From assembly GCA_001606155.1 (NCBI GenBank), contig LODT01000042.1, forward strand, positions 143,758-207,757: a stretch of 64,000 nt of DNA. The letters are read 5' to 3'. Both the position numbers and the translations under genes were made by a program. The notes under the pieces are model-generated. The model did not search any database and was not told the DNA's origin. It saw only the letters and a program-made list of their open reading frames with translations. Shown one piece after another: positions 47,240-59,623 of the stretch (its first letter is position 1; every line of letters begins with the position of its first letter). This DNA comes from Tieghemostelium lacteum. Lineage: Eukaryota.

Positions 47240-47715
47240 CCACCTACATAACCAATAATAAAAAACTAAATGTATAAAAAAAAAAATTTAGTTCATTTAA
47301 CAATTTTATCGACCAACATTACAGCAAAAGCAAACAATGTCAGAAAATGATGATAGTTCACAAAGATATTTAATTTATCAAAATAATCAATTTAAAGAAG
47401 TTTTACTTTACTCACAAGAAGATAAAAGATATGTTGATACTATAACTACATGCAAATCACCTATTCAGGCATCTTCATTTGAAAATAAATTAGACTCCAA
47501 TTCAACTCAAAATGGATCTCAAGAACTACCGAAACAAGAATAGTAAATCAGCAAACAAGAATGAAACAATAATAGGAAATCGAATGTAAATTTTAAAAAA
47601 AAAGAAAAATAATATAGATAATATTATATTACGTGTGTGGTTATTTAAATTGATTTTATAATAATGATAAAGTTTTATTTTAAACTACTTTAAGAGTTAG
47701 TGATTCAATAAGGTC

Positions 47716-48537
47716 TTAAGGTTTGACAATGAAAGAAGCCAATAATAAAAGGGTTTTAACACCTTTTACAATTAGAGTTAATTCCTTGACAGAGAAAGGA
47801 GTGATAAGACCAGTAGTATTATTAAAAATAAAATATTCACTATTACCGCTATTGATAAGGCTCATGCTATTACTGCTACTGCTCAATGGTTTTAGAGTGG
47901 AATCTTTTGTCAGTTGTTGTTGTTGATGTATTTGGTTAATATTTGCAATGGTATTATTGAGTATTTCGCCAAGTGGGACCATTAGCAACCACCAACGTAA
48001 CATCTGACCGGTTTCTTCATCTTCAAGTTGGTCAGATTGAATGCCAAGATGAAGAACACCTTGTTTGAGATACCAACCAACCATTTTAGTTTCAGACTCC
48101 AGAGTGATCATTTGGTATCTTTGTTCAGAACGAAGGAAATCAGCAATCTGTTTAAAGAACTTTCCACCGATACCACCACCTCTTTGGTCAGCTCTTACAC
48201 ATAGATAATCAATATGGTAGCAATTGAATTCGTGGAGCTCAACGACAAGGGCACAGGCAATGACCTCTTGGTTTTCATTTTCCATAACCAAGACACGGTA
48301 GAAATGAGAGAGAACCAATTGGTGAATCTGAGATTGTGGTGGTTCACTGGGAGGGAAGAAAGACTGAGAGTAGAGCAAGAGAGCTTCCTGACAACATTTG
48401 TCATGTTCAGGATCAAAAATCTCCCTTATAGCGTACGGCTTTGGTACCCTAGAAGGAGTTGTCAGAAGAGATAGACTTTTGATCTCTTTAAAATCACCGT
48501 CTCCATATAGCGGATGGAAAGGTGATTTGTCGTCCAA
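47716..48537 (-). CDS. GNAT-family N-acetyltransferase.
   Basis: GNAT motif A (acetyl-CoA binding) is present as LCVRADQRGGGIGGKFF, and motif B follows (YLKQGV...). The low-complexity ORF 48554..48886 immediately upstream on the same strand may be an N-terminal extension if a frameshift or short intron exists. Confidence 0.75.
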   Translation of the reverse strand: MDDKSPFHPLYGDGDFKEIKSLSLLTTPSRVPKPYAIREIFDPEHDKCCQEALLLYSQSFFPPSEPPQSQIHQLVLSHFYRVLVMENENQEVIACALVVELHEFNCYHIDYLCVRADQRGGGIGGKFFKQIADFLRSEQRYQMITLESETKMVGWYLKQGVLHLGIQSDQLEDEETGQMLRWWLLMVPLGEILNNTIANINQIHQQQQLTKDSTLKPLSSSSNSMSLINSGNSEYFIFNNTTGLITPFSVKELTLIVKGVKTLLLLASFIVKP

Positions 48538-49201
48538 GTTGAGAGCAATTTCATCAGGAATAGGACTTGTGTTTTATGGCGAATATTTCGTTTTCTGACT
48601 TGACAGTGGTTAGGTTGCTATTAGAATAGAGTCTATTCAACAAGTCGGTAGAGATCTCAACAATCTTGTTGCTGCTGCTGGATAACGATGAGGAGGAGAT
48701 ACCAAGTGAACTGGTGAGATTACCAAAGATATTGGTCATCAATTCGGATGAGCTTGGTTGGTTTTGATGTTGAGTAGCATTGCTGCTACTCATTGGTACA
48801 TCAAGATCATTGGAGATAGTAGTAGTAGGAGTATTACTATTACTACTACCACTACTATATGGGTTCCTAGTTAAAATTAAAGCCATAGGACTTACACAAT
48901 ACTTTGAGACTATTAAATTAATTTGATTGGTTGTAACTGTTTGTTTTAAACTATTTGTTTTAAAAATGTTTTCTATTTAAAAAAAAAAAATGTTATAATG
49001 ATAAGTTATAAAATTTTGTGTGTTTTTTTGTAAGATGGTGAAAAAAAAAAGTGAGGGGGGATTTTTTTTAAGATTTTTGATGAAGAAAATAAAAATATAA
49101 TAAAATTTAATATTTTTCCCAGCTGACACCAAAATTTACAAAAATAGGTTATGTTTTAACAGTGTTTTTTATTTTTAATTTTTTTTTTTTAAAATATGAT
49201 A

Positions 49202-51403
49202 TCACTTGTCATTATTATCATTTGTATTATCTTGAAGGGGGAGATTTGGATTTAGTATATTTGGAGAATCAAAATTTTGATCATGTATTTCTGTGGTGGT
49301 TACAGCTAGCTTATAGAGAGTGACAAAAACTAAAAGATGCAGCAGGATGGAATATACAAATAAAAATAATCTAGAGTATTTGTTGGAGAGGAAGAATCTG
49401 CTACCATTTAAAATAACACGTTCAGCAGTATTCATCTCTTTGTATTTTCTATTTTTTTCTTTTTTGTTAAAACTGTTGAAAGGGTTAATGGATTCCTCAT
49501 AAAGTTTACCATATCTCTCTTCGGGATCAGGTCTGTTACTCTCTATATCAAAACTACCTGTATTTGTATTTCTTTTACTATTGTATCCATTGTTATTGTT
49601 GCTATTTGCATTTCTACTGGAATTCTTATCAAATGTCTGAAGAAATCGAATTTTTTCATAGAGTTTGATATTGTCATTCTTTAGTGAAACAATCTCCTGA
49701 TTGGAATTCTCAATCTTTTTCTCCAATTGAGATTTCTCATATTCTAATTGTTCAATCTTTACTTTTTGTCTATCTCTTTGTCCAATTACAATTTCTAATG
49801 TTTTATCAATTTCCTGTTTATTACTGTTATTATTACTGCTACTGGTATTTTGTACTAAAGGTGAAGATATACTATTTAAGCTACTATTAAGGGTATTGGT
49901 AATTGGGTTACTGTTTTGAATTAAAATTTCAGAGAGATTTTGTTGTTGCATTTGTTGTTGGATAAATTGTTGTTGTTGTTGATTGAGATTGAGAATGTTG
50001 AGATCTTTTTCAATATTTACAATTAGTTGACTCTGTTTCTCAATGGTATCTTCCAATTCCTGAATTTTAATGGATCTCTCTGTTACTTGATTTTCCAAAT
50101 CGGATAATTGAAGACGCATTCTAGTGGACTCTGACTCCAATTGTCTGTTCTTTTCTTTTAGTAATTTGTCTGCGTTGGGGTTAGTGAGTTCCTCTGATCC
50201 GACAATAGACTGTAATGCAACTAGTTCTTTCTTCATATTTTCATAGTCGATAGGAGATGGGTTCTCTCTAATGTACAACTCCAATTTCTGTCTCTGTTCT
50301 TGTTCATTACGAATAGAGTCTTCTAACTGACCAACCTTGTCTTGTTCCTGTTTGACTGTGTTTCTCAACTCTGCATTCAAATCTACAAACTTACTGATAT
50401 CGTTCTCTCTAGACAGTAACTCCAACTCCAAATCTGAGATTCTCTTTATATTCACATTAAGTGAACTCTTTTCTCTCTGAGACTCCTCACGAATAGCTTG
50501 GTTCTCTACTAGCAATTGGCTGAGTTTTCCAGAGACCAACTCTAACTCATTAGTCAGAAGATCAATTTCCGATTGTTTAGAGTGTCCATCGTTATCCTGT
50601 TTATTACGCATTTCCATAAGCTGACTTTGTGCCTCATAGTTGAGTTTTGACAATTTATTGCACTCTTCTTGCAGTGAACTGTTGTGTCTTGCCAACTCCT
50701 GTTTATCCTGCTGTAACAGATTAATCTTATCCTGCATCTCTAGTCTAACCTCCGACTCTCTATTTCCTACTTTTTCATTAATCATCAACTCCAATTTCGA
50801 TTCCTGATCCTTCACCTTATCTTCCAATCTTCTAATAGTAACCTCCTGGTTCTGAATCTCCTGAAACTCTTTCTTAAAATCAGCCAGTTCATTTTGAAGT
50901 TTCTTATTCTCAATCTCTAGTTTTCCACTGTTATCTACTTTAGAAGCCTCCTCCAAAGCTGCAGTTAATGCAGGTACAGGGTCAGACATTTCACTTATAT
51001 CCTTGTACAAACCCAGGAAACAAGTCTCAGAGAACTTTGATCTCTTTGTCAACTTATCAACCTCCTCTTGATACAGTTTCAACAGTTGACTAAATTGTTT
51101 AATCTTTTCCTCATCTGTAAACTTTTTAAAGTCTTGGGTCTGTTTTGCCAACACTTTTCTAGATTTTAAACACTCGTCTTTACTATTACCAATCTGAGCT
51201 ACAAAATCACCCATATCAATCTTTTTCTTTTCAATATCAAATATCTTCCATGTATCCAATATATTAGAAAATGAACTATTTTCACTATTACCACCAGAGG
51301 TATTTGTAGTTGTAGTTGTAGTTGTCGTACTAGGTGTCATATTACCACTTTGAGGTGAAGTCAAAACTGGTGATGTTGCATTACTATTTATTGTTTCTGA
51401 CAT
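49202..51403 (-). CDS. Golgin CASP (CUX1 alternatively spliced product family, a Golgi tethering protein).
   Basis: The N-terminal block (VDKLTKRSKFSETCFLGLYKDISEMSDPVPAL ... FKKEFQEIQNQEVTIRRLEDKV) and the C-terminal block (NIKLYEKIRFLQTF ... NPFNSFNKKEKNRKY ... NGSRFFLSNKYSRLFLFVYSILLHLLVFVTLYKLA, containing the TM anchor) both match the CASP family. A long coiled coil lies in between. Confidence 0.85.
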   Translation of the reverse strand: MSETINSNATSPVLTSPQSGNMTPSTTTTTTTTNTSGGNSENSSFSNILDTWKIFDIEKKKIDMGDFVAQIGNSKDECLKSRKVLAKQTQDFKKFTDEEKIKQFSQLLKLYQEEVDKLTKRSKFSETCFLGLYKDISEMSDPVPALTAALEEASKVDNSGKLEIENKKLQNELADFKKEFQEIQNQEVTIRRLEDKVKDQESKLELMINEKVGNRESEVRLEMQDKINLLQQDKQELARHNSSLQEECNKLSKLNYEAQSQLMEMRNKQDNDGHSKQSEIDLLTNELELVSGKLSQLLVENQAIREESQREKSSLNVNIKRISDLELELLSRENDISKFVDLNAELRNTVKQEQDKVGQLEDSIRNEQEQRQKLELYIRENPSPIDYENMKKELVALQSIVGSEELTNPNADKLLKEKNRQLESESTRMRLQLSDLENQVTERSIKIQELEDTIEKQSQLIVNIEKDLNILNLNQQQQQFIQQQMQQQNLSEILIQNSNPITNTLNSSLNSISSPLVQNTSSSNNNSNKQEIDKTLEIVIGQRDRQKVKIEQLEYEKSQLEKKIENSNQEIVSLKNDNIKLYEKIRFLQTFDKNSSRNANSNNNNGYNSKRNTNTGSFDIESNRPDPEERYGKLYEESINPFNSFNKKEKNRKYKEMNTAERVILNGSRFFLSNKYSRLFLFVYSILLHLLVFVTLYKLAVTTTEIHDQNFDSPNILNPNLPLQDNTNDNNDK

Positions 51404-51814
51404 TTTAATAAATTAACTAATTCATGTGAATTCACAATAATTAATTAAACAATATTAATTCAGATAAACTCAAAAAAAAAAAAAAATTTTTTAATTATTG
51501 TTGTGAAGTGAATCACTGTGCAAAAAGTAAAGATAATAAAATTAACAATTAAATTGTTATTTAAATTAGAGTAAAAAAGAAATCCTTGTTTTAGGATTTA
51601 TGATGGATGGAATTATTAACAGATTGTGTAATGTTCATTCCAAAAAATTTTCTATCTGTATTTTTTTATGGATGTGAAAGGCATAATTTTTTTGTGACTC
51701 TTGGCATTTTTCAATGTTTCAACTCAAGTTTAAAAAAAATCGATTAGTTTGCCAAACTATTTAAAAATTGGATTTCCATTGCAACGAATTTTCATATTTT
51801 TCGATTACGTATAA

Positions 51815-54276
51815 ATGGAGTCAAAGACAATTACATTATTTATTTCAATTTTATTAATTGGACTATCACTTGGAGATATTCCACAATCATCTAGTATGTA
51901 TTGAATTTAAAAGTCTAGATTTTGTAGAAAATATTTACCTTGATGTAAAAATTAAAACAGAGGATGCTCTTTTGGATCTAAAGAATGAATTCCAATTGAA
52001 TTGGGATTCATCAAACTATTGTGCTTCAGTTACTTGTACCAATGATGTTGTAACTCAAATTAAAATTAGCAGTGGTATTCCAGGAACTATTCCAGCTTCA
52101 ACAGCAAATTTAGTAGGACTTACAAGGCTGTATGTTAACAATACAAAATATTACTTTGAAAAGTGTTTGGATTGATTTATTAATTTAGTAATTCAATTAT
52201 AGTGAGATTACAGTTACTTGCAGTACAACTGCTTTCTTTAATGCTATTAGTACAATGGTAGTTTTGGGTTATATGTATGTAATCAGTTAAAAGGTATTTT
52301 ACTCTATTGTAAATTAACCCAAGTTAAATATAAAACAGAAAATTAGGAAATGTTTTAGATGTGCCATCTAATTGGGGTTCCAACTTCCCAGCTGTTCTTA
52401 GTGAACTAGAAGTTCAAACAGCTAGTTTTGTAATTCCAATTACAATCTTCCAATCTGTAAAACTACAAGTATTGAGAATTAGAGAGGCAGGAACAGGATT
52501 TGGTTACCAACCTGGTTTCACAAGTGGTGTATCACCTTTAACTCAATTGTAAGTTATTTTTAATTTTCAAAAATATCAAACAACAACTAACTTTTAAAAT
52601 AATTTAAACCTCAGAACTGTACCAGGTAATGGATTTTATTTTGCAGGTGCTAGATTCGCAAATTTGATTTTAGTCTCATTACCAGTACTTGGAAACCAAG
52701 ATCAATTTACTTTCACTGATTTTGGTGGAATGGAGAAGATAATTAGTTGTTATATGTATTTTCCATCAAGTTACTCAGGTGCTTTAGTCCCACTCCCAGA
52801 ATCTCTATTAAATCATCCAAAATTGACTCAATTGGATATTAATGGTGAATTTTATACAACAACTCTTATTGATCTTAGTAATAGTAAATTATCAACACTT
52901 TCACTCTCACACAGCTCAATTCCATCTACTCTCCAACTACCTGGTATTGTTTTGGCTCCCAATGCTGTATTGAATAATTTAAATTTGAAATATTCTCCCA
53001 ATTTATCCACTTTGAATATTGACCCTTCCATTAAAGTTAAATCATTGTAAATATCAACTAATTTATACCACGGTTTAAAAAGATACTAATATTTTATATA
53101 AACTACAGGACTATAAGTGAAAATGAAGATTTAGTTGCTGCACCAGCATTTTTTGACTACCAAGGTATGGAAGCTATTGACTATTCCTCAAATGAAATTG
53201 CTGGAACCATGCCAGACCATTTTTGTTACTATCAATCTATTTTTGCTAGATATAATCAGTTTACTGGGTCTGTACCATCTTGTTTCCTTTGTGATTTAGC
53301 TAGAATCGTCCCATTGTATCCAAATTTCAATATGAACCCTCAACCCACTGTTGCAACTTGTAATTTACAAATCGAATCTTTCACCCAAAGTTTCTCAACT
53401 GATGGTGGTCTAATGGAGATTCATGGTTCTAATATTGGTTGGACTCTTTATAGCAATACAGGAGCAAATTTGAAGAACTCAAAGAATATGCCAAACCAAG
53501 TACTTTACTATACTATCCCACCATCAACTACATCACCACAGTCTGTTACTATTTATTTCCATTACCCATCATTCAACACTACATTGCCAAGACAATTTGA
53601 ATACACCATTAACGCACCTGCTATCACTGGTGTTACATTGGCTTCAGGTTTATTGAAATTCACTGGAAGTTCTTTGGGTTTCAAACCAAATGTCCAAACC
53701 ATTACCGTTGCAGGACAAACATTCTCATTAACCACCGTATCATCATCCTTCATCACCATGGCATCTAGTTTACTTCCATATACCAATGACTTGGTATTTT
53801 CCTACCAATACAATGTTGGTAACCTTCCACAGGTAAATCAAATTTATTCTGCACCTTCAGTTCAAAACCCAACAGTTTCTAAACCATATCCAAAACTCAA
53901 CCAAACTGCTAATTCAGTTAGATTCAGTGGATCCTATTTCACATTTGATAAATCATTAATCTCTGTTAAAATCTTTGATAAAGATTGTACTGTTTCCTCA
54001 AGTAGCGTTAATTTCATTGAATGTGATTACCCAGATTTGGATAGTTCTCCAGAACTAACCTATGATCTAACCATTACTGTAAATGGAAAAACATTCAATC
54101 AAACCTTAGATCCAAATACTCCAACAACTTCAACTACAACTACATCTACAACAACATCATCTACAACCTCCAATACCAACCCTTCAAGTGAAGATGTTTC
54201 AAGTCAATTGTCAAGCTATTCCCTTATTACCATTAATCTTGTACTATCAGTCATTTTAGTTCAACTACTTTTATAA
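51815..54276 (+). CDS. Extracellular leucine-rich-repeat protein with a Ser/Thr-rich stalk and a C-terminal hydrophobic (GPI/TM) tail. It has at least 5 exons: about 51815..51893, 51928..52129, 52339..52548, 52615..53046 and 53109..54276.
   Basis: There is a signal peptide (MESKTITLFISILLIGLSLG). An LRR N-terminal cap (LLDLKNEFQLNWDSSNYC) and LRRs follow (GIPGTIPASTANLVGLTRL, IDYSSNEIAGTMP). The C-terminal run TTSTTTTSTTTSSTT is followed by a hydrophobic end. Introns 2 to 4 (209, 66 and 62 nt) have consistent phases. The first intron would be only 25-34 nt, so exon 1 assignment is uncertain. Confidence 0.65.
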
Positions 54277-54882
54277 TCCCGATATTTCCTCATTCCCACA
54301 ATTTTATAAATAAAATTATATAGTTTAAAGTACAAAAAATTTTATATATTATTGTATATTTATTTACCAACCCATTTAAAACAAGCTCCTGAAAGAACAT
54401 ATTAGAGATAAAATGAAATAGAATTATTACAAATATTTGTATAATACTGATAGTTATTAAACCAATAAGATTTAACATTTAATAACCACTTTTCTTTTAT
54501 TTTAAAAAAGGTGGTCCTACCTTTTTTTCATATACATAAAAACAAATGTTGAAAAATTATAATTAATAAGAAATAATAAAATAATTAATTTTTATTTTTT
54601 AAGATTATCGATAATTGTGTAGGTAATGTCGTTTTCGTCATGACATTTGTGATAGGCCCTACATCTGACCTTATATAATTGAAAAAAAAAAAAAAAAATG
54701 GGCATTAAAATTTTAGATATTTTTGAATAAATTTTAAAAATAAAATAAACATTCACAGTTGTTTTTGTTTAGTTTACATATACTCACCCACAACCCCTAC
54801 AAAAAAAAGATTTAACAAATTAGAATTTCTTCCACACCCCTCATTCTAAAAAAAAATAAATCTCTCATAACACACAAGCAAC

Positions 54883-56101
54883 ATGTCATCACTTGCAATA
54901 AAAGCTGTAGATTACATATGGGAAGGTCTATTTGATGAAAATGGTCTAAGTGCCATTGAGTATGAAAGAGCAAAAGTTCCAGATAACTCCATCTTTCTCT
55001 CAAAAAGAAAATTTGAACAGGAAATCAGTGCCATGTTCTTCTTGGCTGGTGCTATCACTATGTTCTTTTTGATTAGATATCTCTATCAAAACTATATCTT
55101 AAGAGTAACTATTAGTATCTCAATCATTAACCTACATTTCATGATTAATACCAACACCACACTCCTTCTATGAAGCCTTATGCCAAATCCATAGGTATGA
55201 GACGTTCCTTTATACTTAGATTTTTGGAAAATGGATGGTATTCTATCTATTATGTAACCTTTTTTACATTTGGAACCTTTGTCTATTTAAAAGATGAAAG
55301 CTTCTCATTATTCCCAACTACCAATATTTGGGCAGGATGGCCTCTACAACCATTCCCGTAGGTGTTTATCATATTAACAATGACATAGCATACACAGATT
55401 AATCTAATACATTAAATCCAACATAATACAGTAATTTATATAGAACCTACTATCTTTTAGAATTAGCATTTTATTTACATTGTACAATTGCTTTATTTTA
55501 TGAAACCAAGAGAAAGGATTTCTATCAAATGTTGACACATCACATTTCAACATCTATATTGGTTATTATGTCCTATTGGGTTAGATATCATAGAATTGGA
55601 TTAGCCATCTTGTGGATTCACAACATTGCTGATATCTTTTTGTACACTGCCAAATGGCTTAACTACGTTCAGAAAGAAAACAAATCTAAACTTCTCTATG
55701 CACTATGTGAAGCATGTTTCACTTCATTTGCTGTCAGTTTCTTCTTCTCAAGATTAGTATTTTTCCCATACACTCTATTACGTTCAACATTGTATGTATA
55801 TAACTTCGATCATGCACCATTATCTAATTACAAATGACTAACAACTCTTAATTAAAGGTATGAAGTTCCAAATGGTTACCCACTTCAAGTTGAATCCAAT
55901 GTTGCATTATTTGTTTTAGTATGTCTCCATATATTTTGGTTTTCATTGATTCTTAAAATCATTTACATTAAATTAGCCAAAGGTGAGGATATTGATGATA
56001 TCAGATCTGATAGTGAAGATGAGGAAGGTAACTCCACTAAAAAGAATGCTCCAAAGAAAGTCACTGATAAGAAATCAGTTGATTTTAAAAAGGATAATTA
56101 A
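54883..56101 (+). CDS. Ceramide synthase (LAG1/TLC-domain family). The four exons are about 54883..55104, 55176..55357, 55432..55791 and 55858..56101.
   Basis: The spliced product is collinear with the CerS family: TM1, then SWRF-like SIYYVTFFTFG, then IWAGWPLQPFP|NLYRTYYLLELAFYLHCTIALFYETKRKDFYQMLTHHISTSIL (Lag1 HH motif), then LHIFWFSLILKII and an acidic tail DIDDIRSDSEDEE. The three introns are 71-75 nt with GT..AG borders, and phases sum to 1008 nt. Confidence 0.85.
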
Positions 56102-56365
56102 TCTATTTTTGTAACAACATATCCGTTGATGTAAAGTTTAATCTACTATATATAAATTTAAAAAATTAAAAATAAAAAAGAAAAGATAATTGAATTATCC
56201 CTTAACCTTTCCATTGTACAATTTTTATAAAAAAAATCATCTTAATTTTGTTGGATACCACCATAAATCTGTGAAGTTTTGAGATTTTCCATGATGATTG
56301 AGTGTGGAATAAAAATATAAAAAAAAAATTAAAATTCGTATTGTTAAAAGACGACATCTGATAAA

Positions 56366-57124
56366 ATGAAGAATATTTTAATTGTTGTTATGTTATGTGT
56401 TTTGGTGGAATCTAGCTTAGGTTTTGATTATGCATACTTTTATCCACCATCACAATGGGATTCAAGTGCTGTTGGCTATATTGTAGGTGTAAATCAATCT
56501 TGTGCTAATTATGATGCTCAAGGTTGGTCTGCAATTGCACAAGTTGATGCTGAAGGTTCCATTCAATTACAACTCTATGATAACATTAACTGTACTGGTA
56601 CTGCTCAATATAATGAAGTTCTCAATGGGACTAATGATGATATTTATCAGATTCCATTCAATCACAATGATCCAAATAATCAATTTATGGTTTCTACCCA
56701 AGAACCATACTCAATCCCAAATGTAGTTATGGTTATGCAATTCTTTTTGCTTAGTCAAGAACCACAATGTCTTGGTCAACCAAATGTGTTGAAATTCTTT
56801 TTTAATGGTACTTTTTTCAATACTTCCGATCCAACAGTTCAAGTGTTCTGTACTGATGATAACACACCAATGACCCAAGCATGCAAGGATCCAACTACAT
56901 GCCAAAACATGCCATATCCAACTGGATGTAATCAATTGATGCCAACTATTATGGGTTCTTTTGTCTGTAGAACTAGTGGAAACCCAACTTCAAGTTCTGA
57001 TTCAGATTCATCAAATTCAAGTGGTTCTTGGTCATCCACTGGTTCATTTAGTGGAAGTTCATATAGTGGTGCTAGTTCAGGAACTGGGTCTTCACAAACC
57101 TCTTCAATGAGATGGACATTTTAA
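56366..57124 (+). CDS. Secreted Cys-rich protein with a Ser-rich C-terminal tail and unknown function.
   Basis: There is a signal peptide (MKNILIVVMLCVLVESSLG). About 12 Cys are spaced through the sequence. The C-terminal run SSSDSDSSNSSGSWSSTGSFSGSSYSGASSGTGSS is consistent with a GPI or cell-surface protein. Confidence 0.5.
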   Translation: MKNILIVVMLCVLVESSLGFDYAYFYPPSQWDSSAVGYIVGVNQSCANYDAQGWSAIAQVDAEGSIQLQLYDNINCTGTAQYNEVLNGTNDDIYQIPFNHNDPNNQFMVSTQEPYSIPNVVMVMQFFLLSQEPQCLGQPNVLKFFFNGTFFNTSDPTVQVFCTDDNTPMTQACKDPTTCQNMPYPTGCNQLMPTIMGSFVCRTSGNPTSSSDSDSSNSSGSWSSTGSFSGSSYSGASSGTGSSQTSSMRWTF

Positions 57125-57166
57125 AATGTATAAATAAATACACAAAATCCAAAATTATTAAATATT

Positions 57167-59560
57167 TTATTTAATTGTAATCTTTGAGAATATAGGATTA
57201 CATTTTGATTTTGATTGTTTGTCAAGGGATTGGTACCAAGTTAGAATTGGTACAAGTTCTGAATCAGTAAGTGATGATTGAATATAGGTGAGTGCTGATG
57301 AATGTTTGAGTTCAAATGAATAGGAATCAGAGGTATCTACAACCACTGTAAGTATAGTCTCTTTAATTGACTTTATAGTTGATGGTTGTGGTTTGGTTTG
57401 TGTATACTGATTGGTAATCAAAGTGCCCAAAGACAATGTAAGCAGCGACTGAACACCAGGTTCAGATGACCCAATCAAAGGCCAATAAGTGGTAGCAACT
57501 AGATTATTATAAGTCCAAACCCAACCAATATGTATTGATATCAGTTCTAGACATTTTGTAATTTCACTAACTGCTGATAAATCACTGTTACCAGCATGTA
57601 CATTTAACTTCTCAACCAATTCCAATGCATATTGCTCCAAATCCAAAGCACCATGGTAGCATGAAACTATTGACTGTATCTCTTTGTTAACTTTAGATCT
57701 CTTCTGATAACATGATAATATTTGAACAATAGTTGTATAAAATAGATTATCATTTACAACACTTTTAAATAGCTCTGGTAATATTTTAATAAATATTCCC
57801 AAATATTCTGTTTTAATCTGAATAAATAATTTGAAAAACTGGTATAACAGTAATGAAATTGGTTCAAACATTTGTAAAATCTTACAAATTACCAAATAAT
57901 AAGAGCTATAGTAATTAACAAGGATATTAGTATGAATATTTTATGTTTTAATAGATTAAAAGTACTTACAATAAATGTTTTGATTGACCATCACTGATAT
58001 TAACTACCACTTTATCTTTTTTAGGGTATTTCATTGTAATAATCATACCCTGTAATGAATCTAAAACTGAGGATACTAATTGACTATTCTTTGGTATTTG
58101 ACAGAGTATATAGATGCAAGCCAATACCTCTTTTGATTGGTACTCAGTAGCATTTTGAGAGAATTCCAAAAACTTTTCAATGAAACATATTTTCATTTTG
58201 TTAAACCAAGTTGTTGGTAGACCACCCATAGATTTCCAAGATTCCACTGAAAATTGTTGTAGTTCTTCCTTATCAATTTGTACTTTAGATAATAGTGATT
58301 TAAAGTATGTCATATCACCACTAACTGAATTTGTACTAACACTCTTACTTTTCTTTATAACACTTCCTGTAGTTAATGCTTTTTTGGGAGTGGCTATTGC
58401 TGTTGTTGATGTAGATGTTAATGGTGCAGCTTTTATTGGTTTTTTAGCCAATGTTGCTTTTGCCACTAGTTTTTTAGGAATAGCTGTTGTTGGTGTTAAC
58501 GGAGGTGATGTGGTGCTATTTGATATTTCTTGAACAACTGGTGTCTTGTTGGCATTTTGTTTGGTGATTGAAGGTAGTTTTTTAGATGTCACATTTGGCG
58601 GTGATTGTGGAGTTGTTACAATAGATGATTTTGATCTTGTAGTTGGTGGTGGTGACTGTTGTGTATTTGGTGTTGATGATAATGTAGTAGTCTTAGATCT
58701 GGGTTTAGCAGGAGATGAGGAATCTAGTGAAAGTGCACTAGTTGATGGGAGATTTGTAGGAACTGATTTTGGAAATACCATAGGAGGAATAGCTAAAACT
58801 GAATTTGCACTAGATGATAGTGTACTTTTTTTAGAAGTACTTTCAATAACATCAAAAGAGGTGGTAGTGTTAATGCTATCTAATGTTCTTTTGGAAATTG
58901 GTGTTGATTTTTGATTTGTGGTATTATTAGTGTCAGAGTCTTGGGTGACATCCATTGGGTCAACAGTATTACCGATCCAATCATTAATGTTATTATCATC
59001 ACCAAATAGATTATCAGATGAAACTGTGCTTCTTGTAATTTGTACTCCACGCGGAGATGTAAAATTCTCAATATCTTCTTCATCATTATTAGTTATATTT
59101 TCAGAAATTACTGGCTGTGGTATTGTTGGTAGTTTTGGTATATTTGGTAACAATGATTGTTCAATTATCATTGGTGGTGGAATTATATTACTAAGAATAT
59201 TACTATTATTATTTGTGATAGTCTCAGAAGTAAAAAATGGTACTGAGGTAATTGGGGGTGAAATTGTAATAGGAGATGGAACTGTAATTGGAGGTGAAAC
59301 TACTGTTGTTGGAGAAAGAGCTCTAGTTACAGGTGCAATAACCGTAGTAACCATCGGAGGTGTGGTAATAGTAGTTACTTTTCTTTGTGGAGCAGTTTCA
59401 ACAATTGACGATTTCTTTGGAATTCCTTTTCTAGTTATAGGTGGAGGTGGTTTATAAACTACTTTTGTCGTATTTTTCAATGGAGTAGGATCATCCATTG
59501 TAGATGAAGCAACCAATAAACTATCTAAATCATCACTAAGAGTTTCTTTAGCCTCCGTAA

Positions 59561-59623
<63 letters not shown>

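Noticed and set aside
47337-47543. An isolated 68-aa ORF between the importin-like and GNAT genes
   Set aside because: It has no motif, is short and sits in an intergenic region. It could be a micro-protein but there is no supporting evidence.
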